DNA from: Terriglobia bacterium
GTDB lineage: Bacteria; Acidobacteriota; Polarisedimenticolia; Polarisedimenticolales; JAIQFR01
Assembly (NCBI GenBank): GCA_963748015.1
Contig: CAVVHE010000005.1
Span: 192,001 to 256,000, forward strand
Reading direction: 5' to 3'
DNA length: 64,000 nucleotides
The translations under genes and the position numbers were made by a program. The notes under the pieces were generated by a model. It had not been told where the DNA came from. It made no database searches and saw nothing but the letters and a program-made list of their open reading frames with translations. Below are positions 38,787 to 48,433 of the stretch, in pieces (position 1 is the stretch's first letter; each line of letters begins with the position of its first letter).

Positions 38787-39977
38787 TCAGGACGAATGCC
38801 GATCCTCGAGCGCCTGCCGCAGATCCTCCACGAGGTCACGGACGTCCTCGATGCCCACGGAATACCGCACGAGACCGTCCGTGATGCCGGCGGACTCCCG
38901 TTCGCTCCTCGGGACTCCGGCATGGGTCATCGAGGCCGGATGCTCGATCAGCGACTCGACTCCTCCGAGGGACACCGCCAGAAGCGCGAGCTGGACCCGG
39001 TCCATGAGCCGCTTCCCGGCCTCGAACCCGCCGACCAGCTCGAAGCTGATGATGGCGCCGGGTCCGCTCATCTGCGCCCGCGCCAGGGCGTGCTGCGGAT
39101 GCGACGGGAGGCCGGGGTACCGGACCCACCGAACGTCGTCGCGCCGCTCGAGCCAACGCGCGATCTCGAGGGCGCTGGCCTGGGCCCGCTCGATGCGGAG
39201 CGACAGCGTCTTGATCCCGCGGTGCACCAGGAACGCCTGGTGCGGATCCATGTTGCAGCCGCCGAGGATCATCATCTCCCGCAGGCGCCGGAGGACAGCC
39301 TCCTCGCGCGCGATCAGCACCCCTCCCACGACGTCCGCATGGCCATTGATGAACTTCGTCACGGAGTGCAGGGCCACGTCGGCGCCCAGCAGGAGCGGCT
39401 TCTGGAGGAACGGAGAGGCGAAGGTGCTGTCTACGACGAGCATCGCGTCTCGCTCGTGGGCCAGGGCCGCGACGGCCTTGAGGTCGGTGATCTGCATCAG
39501 CGGGTTCGAAGGGGTCTCGACGTAGATCATCTTCGTTTCCGGCACGAGCGCGGACTTCACGAGGTCGAGGTCCGACGTGTCCACGTAGCTGGCCGAGACG
39601 CCGAATCTCGAGAGGTGCTTCTCCATCAGGGTCCGCGAGGGCCCGTAGACCGAAGCCGTACTGACGACGTGGTCGCCGCTCCCGAGGAGGGCGAGATAGA
39701 CGGTCGTGACCGCGGCCATGCCCGAGCTGGTCGCGACGGCACCCGCGCCTTCCTCGAGCTCGGCGACGCAGCTCTCGAGCGCCCGGATCGTCGGGTTCCC
39801 GAGCCTCGTATAGATGAACCCGTCCGAGCGGCCCGCGAAGCGATCCGCTCCGTCCTGCGCGCTGTCGAAGCGGAACGTCGACGTCTGGTAGATGGGCGTC
39901 ACCGCGCTCCCGAAAGCATCCTCGGAAGCACCGGCGTGCACCAGCTTCGAGCTGAATCCCAGTCGCTTCGTGTTCAT
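38787..39977 (-). CDS. PLP-dependent trans-sulfuration enzyme (methionine gamma-lyase/cystathionine gamma-synthase family)
   Basis: Motifs 'PIYQTSTF', 'YTRLGNPT', 'ETPSNP', 'HSVTKFINGH', 'SLGGVESL'. Confidence 0.92.
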   Translation of the reverse strand: MNTKRLGFSSKLVHAGASEDAFGSAVTPIYQTSTFRFDSAQDGADRFAGRSDGFIYTRLGNPTIRALESCVAELEEGAGAVATSSGMAAVTTVYLALLGSGDHVVSTASVYGPSRTLMEKHLSRFGVSASYVDTSDLDLVKSALVPETKMIYVETPSNPLMQITDLKAVAALAHERDAMLVVDSTFASPFLQKPLLLGADVALHSVTKFINGHADVVGGVLIAREEAVLRRLREMMILGGCNMDPHQAFLVHRGIKTLSLRIERAQASALEIARWLERRDDVRWVRYPGLPSHPQHALARAQMSGPGAIISFELVGGFEAGKRLMDRVQLALLAVSLGGVESLIEHPASMTHAGVPRSERESAGITDGLVRYSVGIEDVRDLVEDLRQALEDRHSS

Positions 39978-40117
39978 CGTCTCTTCCTCGCCGAATCGGC
40001 CGGTTTGCGGTGAAAGCGGCGCGAGTGAGTCCCTTGCCGATCGCGCCGATCGAGCGACAACCGACGGCGGAGCCGGGATCTCCGGCGGATACCCATCGAC
40101 CCCCTACCTCCGCCGAA

Positions 40118-40489
40118 CTACCGCTGGCCGTGGCCGTGGTGCGCGCAGGCCATGTCGGGCGACATCGCTTGCAGCGAGCCGGCCCTGAACGCGGCGACGG
40201 TCTCGTCGACGGTGGCGTGCTCGGATCGAAAGACACGGATGCCCGCGGCGCCGAGCTTCGCGAGCGCGCCCATCCCGATGCCGCCGACGACCATCCCGTC
40301 GATGCTCTCACCAGCGAGGGAAGCGAGCGGCGCGCACATGCCGTGGCTGTGGTGGGCGTTGCGGTTCGGGACCGCCCGGCAGGCGCCGCTGTCGGTGTCC
40401 ACGATCATGAACACGGGGGCCGAGCCGAAATGCGGACTCACCGGGCTCGCGGTTCCCTTGTCTTCGGTGACCGGAATGCAGATGTTCAT
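40118..40489 (-). CDS. NifB/NifX-family (FeMo-co biosynthesis domain) protein
   Basis: Motifs 'SPHFGSAPVF', 'GGIGMGA' and a His-rich tail. Confidence 0.85.
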   Translation of the reverse strand: MNICIPVTEDKGTASPVSPHFGSAPVFMIVDTDSGACRAVPNRNAHHSHGMCAPLASLAGESIDGMVVGGIGMGALAKLGAAGIRVFRSEHATVDETVAAFRAGSLQAMSPDMACAHHGHGQR

Positions 40490-40568
40490 CTCGAGCTCTC
40501 CTTCGCTTGAACTTCCGTAAGCGCGCGGCCTGCGCGCGCCGGGAGGGTTTTCTTCCAACGGGCGGTGC

Positions 40569-40967
40569 TCAACGCGGCTTCCCCGCCGGAGGGGAGCCGG
40601 CGCGGCCTCGCCGCGGACAGGGGCCGCCGTCGCGGCCGCGCTTCTCCACGTCGTGCAGGCGGCAGCATCGATGCGCGTCGAGGTGAACGGGACCGCCCGC
40701 CATCCGGAGGGCTTTCCCGTGCACCAGGGCGTCCGCGACCTTGCGGTGCGCCGACTCGACGATCCGGCTGAACGTCGGCCTGGACACGCGCATCGTCTCG
40801 GCGGCCTGCTCCTGGTAGAGGCCCTCGAGGTCCGCGAGCCGGATCGCCTCGAACTCGTCGAGCGTCATGACGACTTCCTCGAGCTCGTCCACGGGGATGC
40901 GGATCGGCTTGAAGATCGAAACGGCCGGCCGGCCGGCAACCCGACGGGGGCAAAAGGGTCTCGGCAC
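40569..40967 (-). CDS. DUF134 HTH protein
   Basis: Motifs 'PRPFCPRRV', '[20 protein letters not shown]', 'VSRPTF', 'KVADALV'. GTG start with RBS. Confidence 0.88.
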   Translation of the reverse strand: MPRPFCPRRVAGRPAVSIFKPIRIPVDELEEVVMTLDEFEAIRLADLEGLYQEQAAETMRVSRPTFSRIVESAHRKVADALVHGKALRMAGGPVHLDAHRCCRLHDVEKRGRDGGPCPRRGRAGSPPAGKPR

Positions 40968-40986
40968 CTCTCCACCTCCGTTCCTA

Positions 40987-41006
40987 TTATGGACATATGT
41001 TCTTAA
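40987..41006. promoter_or_regulatory. Imperfect palindrome TTATGGACATATGTTCTTAA, candidate operator
   Basis: 8 of 10 pairs match. AT-rich site 20 bp upstream of the DUF134 start. Confidence 0.55.
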
Positions 41007-41068
41007 TGCGCAACCCCGGATCTCGGGACGGCCCGATCGAGCCACGACGTCCCTCTTTTCCCCGTGGC

Positions 41069-41097
41069 TTGACGTCGGCCGCGCGCCGCGGGATAAT
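41069..41097 (+). promoter_or_regulatory. Sigma70-like promoter TTGACG-N17-GATAAT
   Basis: Near-consensus hexamers with 17-bp spacing, upstream of ATG 41124. Confidence 0.6.
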
Positions 41098-41123
41098 CAT
41101 TCAAATCGTTCACGGGGCCGGAC

Positions 41124-42008
41124 ATGCGCAACGACTACTCGCCGCGGCAGCTCGCTCACGCCATCGGGGTCAGCGAGTCCTCGGTGAAGCGCTGGATCGA
41201 CGACGGCGCCATCTCCGCCTCCCGCACCTCCGGCGGGCACCGTCGCATTCCGCTGAGGGAAGCGGTCCGGTTCATCCGGGATTCCGGAATGCCGCTGGTC
41301 CGGCCCGAGATCCTGGGCCTCGTGGATCTCGAGGCGATCCGGCGCGGCCGCGCGGCAGGGGGGCCGGAGAGCACGCTGAAGCACGCGCTGCGCGACGGGA
41401 GAGCGGACGTGGTGCGCGGAATCGTGGTGTCCCAGTATCTCGTGGGGGCTTCTCCGTCGGCGCTCTGCGACGGTCCGATCGCCGGGGCGCTCCACGAGAT
41501 CGGAGAGCTCTGGCGCCACGATCCGACCGGGGTCGCGATCGAGCACCGGGCGACCGATCTCTGCATCCAGGCGCTGAGCGTGGCGCGGAGCCTGGTGCCG
41601 CCTCCCCGCGAGGGAGCGCCGGTCGCGGTCGGCGGCACGCCCCCGGGCGACCCCTACCTCCTGCCGTCGGCCATGTCGGCCTTCGTGCTGGCCGCCGCCG
41701 GATGGCACGCCACGAACCTCGGCCCGGATCTCCCTCTCGACGCGCTCGCGGCCGCCGCCGAGAGGGACCGCGCGGCGCTCGTCTGGCTGTCGGTCGGCAG
41801 CGAGGCCGCGGGCGAGCGTCTCGCCGCGCAGGTCCCTCCCCTCGTCGAGCGGCTCTCTCTCTCGGGGGCGCGGCTCGTCCTCGGCGGCCGGGCCGTTCCG
41901 CGCTCGCTCGAGGCGAGAGACGCGGCCTACCGAGTGGGGCACACGATGGCCGAGCTGGAGGCGTTCGCGCGGGAGCTGCGGGAGAGCGGGGGCGACCGGC
42001 GGAGGTGA
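41124..42008 (+). CDS. MerR/excisionase-type HTH plus cobalamin-binding-like domain regulator (CarH/LitR-like)
   Basis: Motifs 'GVSESSVKRW', 'RTSGGHRRI', W-x9-EH, 'NLGPDLP'. Confidence 0.8.
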   Translation: MRNDYSPRQLAHAIGVSESSVKRWIDDGAISASRTSGGHRRIPLREAVRFIRDSGMPLVRPEILGLVDLEAIRRGRAAGGPESTLKHALRDGRADVVRGIVVSQYLVGASPSALCDGPIAGALHEIGELWRHDPTGVAIEHRATDLCIQALSVARSLVPPPREGAPVAVGGTPPGDPYLLPSAMSAFVLAAAGWHATNLGPDLPLDALAAAAERDRAALVWLSVGSEAAGERLAAQVPPLVERLSLSGARLVLGGRAVPRSLEARDAAYRVGHTMAELEAFARELRESGGDRRR

Positions 42009-42082
42009 CGCGATCCGTGGACGCGGGGGCCCGCTAGGGCTACCTTATCCCGCGAGGACTTCGGACAACGGCGAGGGCGGAC

Positions 42083-42487
42083 ATGGACAACGACAGGAGC
42101 GAGCTTCTCAGGGAACTCGGCTACTCCGACAAGGCGATCGAGTTCATCGCCGAGGACCGCAACTTCGGGCAGCTGCCGATGTTCTCGATCAAGGCGTCGC
42201 ACCAGGGACAATGCGGTGACATGCTGCGCCTGTATCTCGACGTGGACGGCGGGGTGATCCGCGGCGCGAGCTTCGAGCACGTCGGCTGCACCGGCCTGCA
42301 GGCGAGCGCGGCCGGCGTCACGACGATGATCCGCGGGATGACCCTCGACGACGCGGAGAAGCTCGACGTCGACGACATCGTGGGGTTCCTCGGCAAGATC
42401 CCCGCCGCCAAGCTCGACTGCGCCCAGCTCGCCCGCGACACGCTTCGCAAGGCGATCCGCGAGCTCAAGCAGCCGTCGTCGACCTAG
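42083..42487 (+). CDS. IscU/NifU-like Fe-S scaffold
   Basis: Three Cys motifs 'CGD', 'GCT', 'DCA'. Confidence 0.85.
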   Translation: MDNDRSELLRELGYSDKAIEFIAEDRNFGQLPMFSIKASHQGQCGDMLRLYLDVDGGVIRGASFEHVGCTGLQASAAGVTTMIRGMTLDDAEKLDVDDIVGFLGKIPAAKLDCAQLARDTLRKAIRELKQPSST

Positions 42488-42512
42488 AGCCGACTCCCGG
42501 TAGAATGCTCCC

Positions 42513-43256
42513 ATGCGAATCTACCTGACCCGCTGGGTGTGCCTCGACGTCGAGTCCAACCTGCGACGCGTCGCCGTCGAGGCGGCCGCCGCCGCGGCCG
42601 CGGGAGCGGGCCTCTGCGTCTTTCCCGAGGGGTTCCTCCACGGGTACAAGCGCGAGGTCGCCCCTTCCCGCGCGCGCGAGACGTTCGCGGCCGTCTCCCG
42701 CGAGCACCCCGCGATGGCCTTCTGTTTCGGCGCCTTTTCCGAGGAGCGCCGCAACCGGATGACGGTCTGGCGGGGCGGCGAGGAGATCGCCCGTTACGAC
42801 AAGGTCCACCTGTTCGCGCCGTTCGGCGAGCCGGCGATCTGGGAGCCCGGCGACCGCTACGCCGCGGTGCGGCTCGACGGCTGGACCTTCGGTCTCATCA
42901 CCTGCAACGACATCCGCTTCCCCGAGCAGGCGCGCGCGCTGCGCCTCGAGTGCCGCGCCGACGCCCTGCTGGTCGTCGCCTGGTGGCCGTGGCGGCGGGA
43001 CCACGTGTGGAAGACGCTGTTGCGCGCGCGGGCGATCGAGAACGGCGTCTACGTCGTGGGCTGCTGCCTCACCGCCTCCGAGTACCCCGGCGAGCAATTC
43101 GCCGGCGCCGGCAACCACGTCTTCGACCCGCTCGGCGAGCCCATCCGCACCGAGGACGACCACGTCTACGACCTCGACCGCGCCCGCCTCGCCGGCCTCG
43201 TCGTGGACCCGCTCGAAACCTACGTGAAGATCGACCGCGTCCAGCTGTTTCCCTGA
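42513..43256 (+). CDS. Carbon-nitrogen hydrolase (nitrilase superfamily)
   Basis: Catalytic triad motifs 'FPE', 'YDKVHLF', 'TCNDIRFPE', plus 'ARAIEN'. Confidence 0.9.
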   Translation: MRIYLTRWVCLDVESNLRRVAVEAAAAAAAGAGLCVFPEGFLHGYKREVAPSRARETFAAVSREHPAMAFCFGAFSEERRNRMTVWRGGEEIARYDKVHLFAPFGEPAIWEPGDRYAAVRLDGWTFGLITCNDIRFPEQARALRLECRADALLVVAWWPWRRDHVWKTLLRARAIENGVYVVGCCLTASEYPGEQFAGAGNHVFDPLGEPIRTEDDHVYDLDRARLAGLVVDPLETYVKIDRVQLFP

Positions 43257-43349
43257 GGCGCGCGCGGCCGGAAGTTCGGATAGCATGCTCACCGCTCGGG
43301 TGGCCGCGGCTTCTTCGAGTCGGGCTGCCCGAGCCTCGCGGAGGAACTG

Positions 43350-44621
43350 ATGGTCGTCTCGCGCAGGGTTTTCGCCGTCGCGGTCCCACTCGTTCTCGCG
43401 CTCGCCCTCGCCGGCGCCGCCGGCCCGTCCGCCGCGCCGGCCGGCACGGATCTCGACGCGCGCGCGGACGCGCTCGCCCGGAAGATCCTGATCGTGGACA
43501 CCCACATCGATCTTCCCGAGCGCCTCAAGGACAAGATGGAGGACGTCTGCAACGCCACGCCGGACGGGAACTTCGACTACCCCCGCGCGAAGGCGGGCGG
43601 GCTCAAGGCCGGCTTCATGGCGATCTACATCCCGGCGAGCACCGAGGAGGGTGCCGCGGCCCGCGCGGAAGCCGACCGGCTGATCGACCTGGTGGAGTCC
43701 ATCGCAAAGAGGTGCCCCGACAAGTTCGCGCTGGCGCGCTCCCCCGCCGACGTCCGGCGGATCGCGAAGTCGGGGAAGATCGCCCTGCCGATGGGGCTCG
43801 AGAACGGCTCCCCACTCGTGGGAGACCTCGCCGTTCTCGCGCACCTCAAGCAGCGCGGGATCCGCTACGTCACCCTCACCCACTCCGAGAACAACGGACT
43901 CTCCGATTCCTCCTTCGCCTCGACGCGGAAGTGGAACGGCCTGAGCCCCGAAGGGAAGAAGGCCGTCGCCGAGCTGAATCGCCTCGGGATCATGGTGGAC
44001 GTGTCGCACCTCTCCGACGACGCCACGCGCCAGGTGCTCGAGCTCTCGAAGACGCCCGTGATCGCCTCGCACTCCTCCTGCCGGCACTTCACGCCGGACT
44101 GGGAGCGGAACCTCGCCGACCCCGAGATCCGCGCGATCGCGGCGAAGGGGGGCGTCGTCCAGATCAACTTCGGCGCCATGTTCCTCCGCGCGGACGCGCA
44201 GAAGCAATCCACGGAAAGCTGGGCGGCGATGCGGAAGTACCTCGAGGAGCACAACATCAAGAGAGGGTCTGCAGAGGCCCGCAAGTTCCGCGAGAGCTAC
44301 CTGAAGGAGCACCCGCGCATCTACGGCGACGTGTCGGACCTCGTGGCGCACATCGACCACGTGGTGCAGATCGCGGGCATCGACCACGTCGGCCTCGGCT
44401 CCGACTTCGAGGGGCTCGGCGACGGCCTGCCGGCCGGGCTCAAGGACGTGTCGGGCTACCGCAACGTGATCCGCGCGCTCCTCGAGAAGGGGTACTCGGA
44501 AGGCGACATCCGCAAGATCTGCGGTGAGAACCTCCTGCGCGTCTGGACGGAGATCGAGCGCGCGGCCGAGGGCCAGACCGGCGGCGTCGAGCCGCCCCGG
44601 AAGAAGGCCAGCGCGTCGTGA
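43350..44621 (+). CDS. Membrane dipeptidase (M19), secreted
   Basis: Signal peptide, 'DTHID', 'GLENG', 'VDVSH', 'ASHS', 'GLGSDFEG'. Confidence 0.9.
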   Translation: MVVSRRVFAVAVPLVLALALAGAAGPSAAPAGTDLDARADALARKILIVDTHIDLPERLKDKMEDVCNATPDGNFDYPRAKAGGLKAGFMAIYIPASTEEGAAARAEADRLIDLVESIAKRCPDKFALARSPADVRRIAKSGKIALPMGLENGSPLVGDLAVLAHLKQRGIRYVTLTHSENNGLSDSSFASTRKWNGLSPEGKKAVAELNRLGIMVDVSHLSDDATRQVLELSKTPVIASHSSCRHFTPDWERNLADPEIRAIAAKGGVVQINFGAMFLRADAQKQSTESWAAMRKYLEEHNIKRGSAEARKFRESYLKEHPRIYGDVSDLVAHIDHVVQIAGIDHVGLGSDFEGLGDGLPAGLKDVSGYRNVIRALLEKGYSEGDIRKICGENLLRVWTEIERAAEGQTGGVEPPRKKASAS

Positions 44622-44649
44622 TCCTCTCGTCCCGACGGACCGGTAGTCG

Positions 44650-45882
44650 CTAGGTGACGGCGTTCCTTACCCTGAATCGCGCGTCGCGGTAGGCGCCGGT
44701 CGTCATCACCTCGACCAGGCGCTCCACGGCATCGTGGACGTCGACGAAGCGCACGTAGAGCGGCGCGAACCCGAACCGGCAGATGTCGGGGTCGCGGAAG
44801 TCCCCGATCACGCCCCGCTCGATCAGCGCCTGAACGACGCCGTAGCCCTCGTCGTGACGCCACGAGACCTGGCTGCCCCGGCGGGAGTGGTCGCGGGGAG
44901 TGGCCAGGGTGAAGACCCCCGGCAGGCGGTCCTCCACGAGCTCGATGAAGAGGTCGGTCAGGGCCAGGCTCTTGGCGCGCACCCGTTCCATCGTCGTCCG
45001 CTCCCAGACGTCGAGCGCGCCGTCGAGGGCGGCCAAGGCGAGGATCGACGGCGACGAGGTCACGTAGGCCTGCATGCCGCCGGCCGCCCGGTAGTCGAGT
45101 TCGAAGTCGAAGGGGCGCGCGTGGCCGAGCCAGCCGGGCAGCGGGTTCTCGAGCCGGTCCTGCCACTCCCGGCGCACGTACATGAAGGCCGGGGCGCCCG
45201 GTCCGCCGTTCAGGTACTTGTAACAGCAGCCCGCGGCGAAGTCGACGTCGGCCCCCGTGACGTCGAGGGGCACCGCCCCGGCCGAGTGGGCGAGGTCCCA
45301 GACCATCAGCGCGCCGGCCGCGTGAACCTGCGCGGTCACCGCGGCGAGGTCGAGGGCCTCGCCGGTGCGAAAGTCGACGTGGGTCAGTTCCACGAGCGCC
45401 ACGTTGCCGTCGAGGTGGTCGGCGAGCTTCGAGCGGTCGACGGCCCTGACCTCGAGCGGCCGCGGGCGGCGCGCGGCCACGGCCTTGAGGATGTAGACGT
45501 CGGAGTGGAAGTTGGCCGCGTCGGTGAGGATGACGTGGCGGCCGGGCCGGTGGTCGAGCGCGCCGCCCACCAGCTTGGCGATGGCGAGCGTGAGCGTGTC
45601 CGCGACGACGACCTCGCCGGAGCGCGCGCCGATCAGCGGGGCGAGGCGGTCGCCCAGCCGGGTCGGCTGGGCCATCCAGCCCGCCGTGCTCCAGCCGCGC
45701 ACGAGGCCCTTGCCCCACTCGGCGTCGAGCACCTCGTTGACCCGCGCGCGCACCCGCCCGGCGACCGGCCCGAGCGAGTTGCCGTCGAGGTAGATCTCCC
45801 CCTCGTTCAGGGCGAACTCGTCGCGCAGCGCGCCCAGCTCGTCCCGGTCGTCCAGACGTTCACAGTCCATGCGCGTCGTCAC
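44650..45882 (-). CDS. kynU: Kynureninase
   Basis: Motifs 'IYLDGNSLG', 'WDLAHSAG', 'YKYLNGGPG', 'RGSQVS', 'GDFR'. Confidence 0.92.
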   Translation of the reverse strand: MTTRMDCERLDDRDELGALRDEFALNEGEIYLDGNSLGPVAGRVRARVNEVLDAEWGKGLVRGWSTAGWMAQPTRLGDRLAPLIGARSGEVVVADTLTLAIAKLVGGALDHRPGRHVILTDAANFHSDVYILKAVAARRPRPLEVRAVDRSKLADHLDGNVALVELTHVDFRTGEALDLAAVTAQVHAAGALMVWDLAHSAGAVPLDVTGADVDFAAGCCYKYLNGGPGAPAFMYVRREWQDRLENPLPGWLGHARPFDFELDYRAAGGMQAYVTSSPSILALAALDGALDVWERTTMERVRAKSLALTDLFIELVEDRLPGVFTLATPRDHSRRGSQVSWRHDEGYGVVQALIERGVIGDFRDPDICRFGFAPLYVRFVDVHDAVERLVEVMTTGAYRDARFRVRNAVT

Positions 45883-46130
45883 AAGAAGGACCTCACTTCC
45901 CGGAGCCCGGATCGGGACCCTCATGTTACCCCGCCACCCGCCGCCACGGGCTTCCCGCGGCGGGATCCGTGGGGGGAGCGTTGCGAGCGTCCGCTCGAGG
46001 ATAGCTGTCGCCTGGTGCGCCTGGCTGGCGGATTCTCTGCGAGCTTCCGAGAGGGCGGAACTGAGCCAAATGTGCGTTAGTATCGCCTGTCGTCGGAGAT
46101 GACCGGCCTCATGGGGTTCACCGGCTCGAC

Positions 46131-47261
46131 ATGAAACGAACTGCCTCCGTTCTCTCGATCCTGTTCTGCCTGGGTGGGGTGCAAGCTCGGGAAACCGAAA
46201 CCTACGTGTTGCACCAGGCCGTCTCGAATCGCGAGACGATCGTCTACAAGCGCGTCATCCGCTTCGACGACCAGAAGCGTCTGTTCCACGTCCGGGACTA
46301 CTACGAGAACGGGCGAATCCAGATGGACGCCTTCTACGCCTCCTTCGACAAACGGGTGAAGGAGGAGTATCAGTGCAACTACCACTCGAACACCAAGGAA
46401 GGGCCGTACACGGAATGGCACCGGAACGGGCGCAAGCGATTCCGAGGCCATTTCACGCGGGGCAGGCTGAACGGCGCGAGCACCGACTGGTACGAGAGTG
46501 GGCGGAAGGAAGCGAAGCAGAACTGGCTCGACGGACAGTTGCACGGCCGGGTCAGATACTGGTCCGAGAAAGGAGACCTGCAGTTCGATTCGACGTTCGA
46601 GCACGGCATGAACCAGCATCGCCGGAACGTCAGCTATCGATACCTGTCGTACCTCCCGAAGGACTACGAGGCGGACGCCGCCAGGAAGTGGCCGCTCGTC
46701 ATTTACCTGCACGGAGGTTCGGATCGAGGGACCGAGCTGAAGAAGCTGTACTCAGCCGGGATCCCCGACCAGGTATACAGGGGACGGGAGTTCCCGTTCA
46801 TCATGCTCGCCCCGCAATGTCCCGAGCATCTCAGGTGGTCGACCGACGACTGGTTCGAGAACTTCTACAAGGAAGTGACCGCCCGGTACAGAATCGACAC
46901 CGACCGGGTCTATCTGACCGGGCCGAGCCTGGGCGGCTCGGGCACCTGGTACATCGCCGCCCGGTATCCCGAGACGTTCGCGGCCATCGCGCCGATCAGC
47001 GGATTCACGAGCCATCTCGATTACATCGACAAGAACATCGACAAGCTGCTCGACATGCCCGTCTGGGCCTTCCACGGGAAGCTGGACACCGTCGTGCCTT
47101 TCGAAGAGACGGAGCGAATCGTCAAGAGGCTGGAGGGGAAGAACCGGAACCTGAGATTCTCCGCCGAACCGGATCTCGGCCACGGGATCCACTGGCAGGT
47201 CTATCCGGGCCAGGAGATCTACGACTGGCTCCTGCGATTCGACAGGCGATCGAGAAAGTGA
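46131..47261 (+). CDS. Secreted MORN/YwqK-like repeat plus alpha/beta hydrolase fusion
   Basis: Signal peptide, 'W/Y-x-x-x-G' repeats, 'YLHG', 'APQC', 'TGPSLGG', 'FHGKLD', 'GH'. Confidence 0.8.
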   Translation: MKRTASVLSILFCLGGVQARETETYVLHQAVSNRETIVYKRVIRFDDQKRLFHVRDYYENGRIQMDAFYASFDKRVKEEYQCNYHSNTKEGPYTEWHRNGRKRFRGHFTRGRLNGASTDWYESGRKEAKQNWLDGQLHGRVRYWSEKGDLQFDSTFEHGMNQHRRNVSYRYLSYLPKDYEADAARKWPLVIYLHGGSDRGTELKKLYSAGIPDQVYRGREFPFIMLAPQCPEHLRWSTDDWFENFYKEVTARYRIDTDRVYLTGPSLGGSGTWYIAARYPETFAAIAPISGFTSHLDYIDKNIDKLLDMPVWAFHGKLDTVVPFEETERIVKRLEGKNRNLRFSAEPDLGHGIHWQVYPGQEIYDWLLRFDRRSRK

Positions 47262-47511
47262 CGGCCCGCGCGCGGCTGTGGGTTCCGGGTTTCGCGGAGG
47301 TTCCTCGGGAATGGCCCGAGGCTTGAGGCCAGGCTGTCGACCAGCTCGCTGACTTCTCGTTTCCGGTGTTTTGGCTCCCCAGCAGGGACTCCGACCTTTG
47401 CCCCGCGGGTTGACAGTCACGTCGCGAGCTTCCCCGCTGTCATGTCCGACTGCGGGTGCTACCGACGATGCGAGGATGGATCGGAGCTCGGGGCGTGGAA
47501 TCGGCCCCTCC

Positions 47512-48291
47512 TCAGGGCGGGGTTCCGTGGACCTCGAACAGCAGGCTGCAGCAGGTGACGGCGCCCTCCGCCTTCGCTAGCTCCGAGACGTCCACGGTGA
47601 CGACGCGAAGGCCCCGGGCCTCGAGCCGGGCGAGCGTCCTCGGGAACGCCTCGGGGTAGATGACCGTGTCGCAGGCGGCCAGCGCGTTGGCGGCGAACGG
47701 CTCGGCAGGGTCGATCTCGATGAGCTCGAGCCCGGAAAAGTGCGAGGGCTCGACCCAGCCGGAGTGGATCAGCACCGAGCGCTCCGAGACCTGCGTCACT
47801 GCGGACTTGAGGTGGAGGCAGCGCGTGACCGGCACCGCGCGCACCTCGTAGCCGTGCGGCGACGCGATCCGGCGGAGCGCCTCGATGCCCTCGGCGTTCG
47901 TCCGGCTCGACGCGCCCGCGAAGATCGTCCTCCCCACGACGAGGATGTCGCCGCCGTCGAGCGTCGCGGGGGCCTCGATGGGAACGAGCGTCCTGAAGGG
48001 CCGGAGCGCTTCCGCGATCGCAGGGACCTCGGGCCTCCGGGAGACGGCGCCGGGGCGCGCGAGGATGGCGACCTCGTCGAGCACGACCGCCGCGTCCTCG
48101 ACGAACACCGAGTCCGGAAGGTCGGGCTCGGCGCGTAGCCGCCGGACGGCGAAGCCGGCCGCGGCCAGGCAGGCTTCGTACCGCTGGTGCTGCTCGCGCG
48201 CGAGATCCGGATCGATGGGCCGGCGCGACAGATGGGTCAGCTCGCAGCGCGCGAACGCGGGGCTGACGTCTCTCGTGATCGCGAACTTCAC
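47512..48291 (-). CDS. Dimethylarginine dimethylaminohydrolase (amidinotransferase family)
   Basis: Motifs 'PDSVFVED', 'LDGGD', 'LHLKSA', 'KAEGAVTCCS'. Confidence 0.9.
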   Translation of the reverse strand: MKFAITRDVSPAFARCELTHLSRRPIDPDLAREQHQRYEACLAAAGFAVRRLRAEPDLPDSVFVEDAAVVLDEVAILARPGAVSRRPEVPAIAEALRPFRTLVPIEAPATLDGGDILVVGRTIFAGASSRTNAEGIEALRRIASPHGYEVRAVPVTRCLHLKSAVTQVSERSVLIHSGWVEPSHFSGLELIEIDPAEPFAANALAACDTVIYPEAFPRTLARLEARGLRVVTVDVSELAKAEGAVTCCSLLFEVHGTPP

Positions 48292-48433
48292 GCGGCATCC
48301 TCTCCTGACCCTGTCTGCGGGGCCGCGCGCAGCATACCTCCGCGGAGCGCCCCTCGCTTCCTTTGACTCGCCGAGCCATGGTGCGTAGAGTCCGGATACG
48401 GCCCGCGACGGGCCGCTCCACGTGGAGGTCGCC

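Noticed and set aside
40118..42487. NifX-like and NifU-like genes as evidence of nitrogen fixation
   Set aside because: No nifHDK or nifEN is present, and these domains are common in non-diazotrophs.
46131..46620. YwqK-like repeats as a toxin-antitoxin module
   Set aside because: The repeats are fused to a secreted hydrolase and no adjacent toxin gene is visible.
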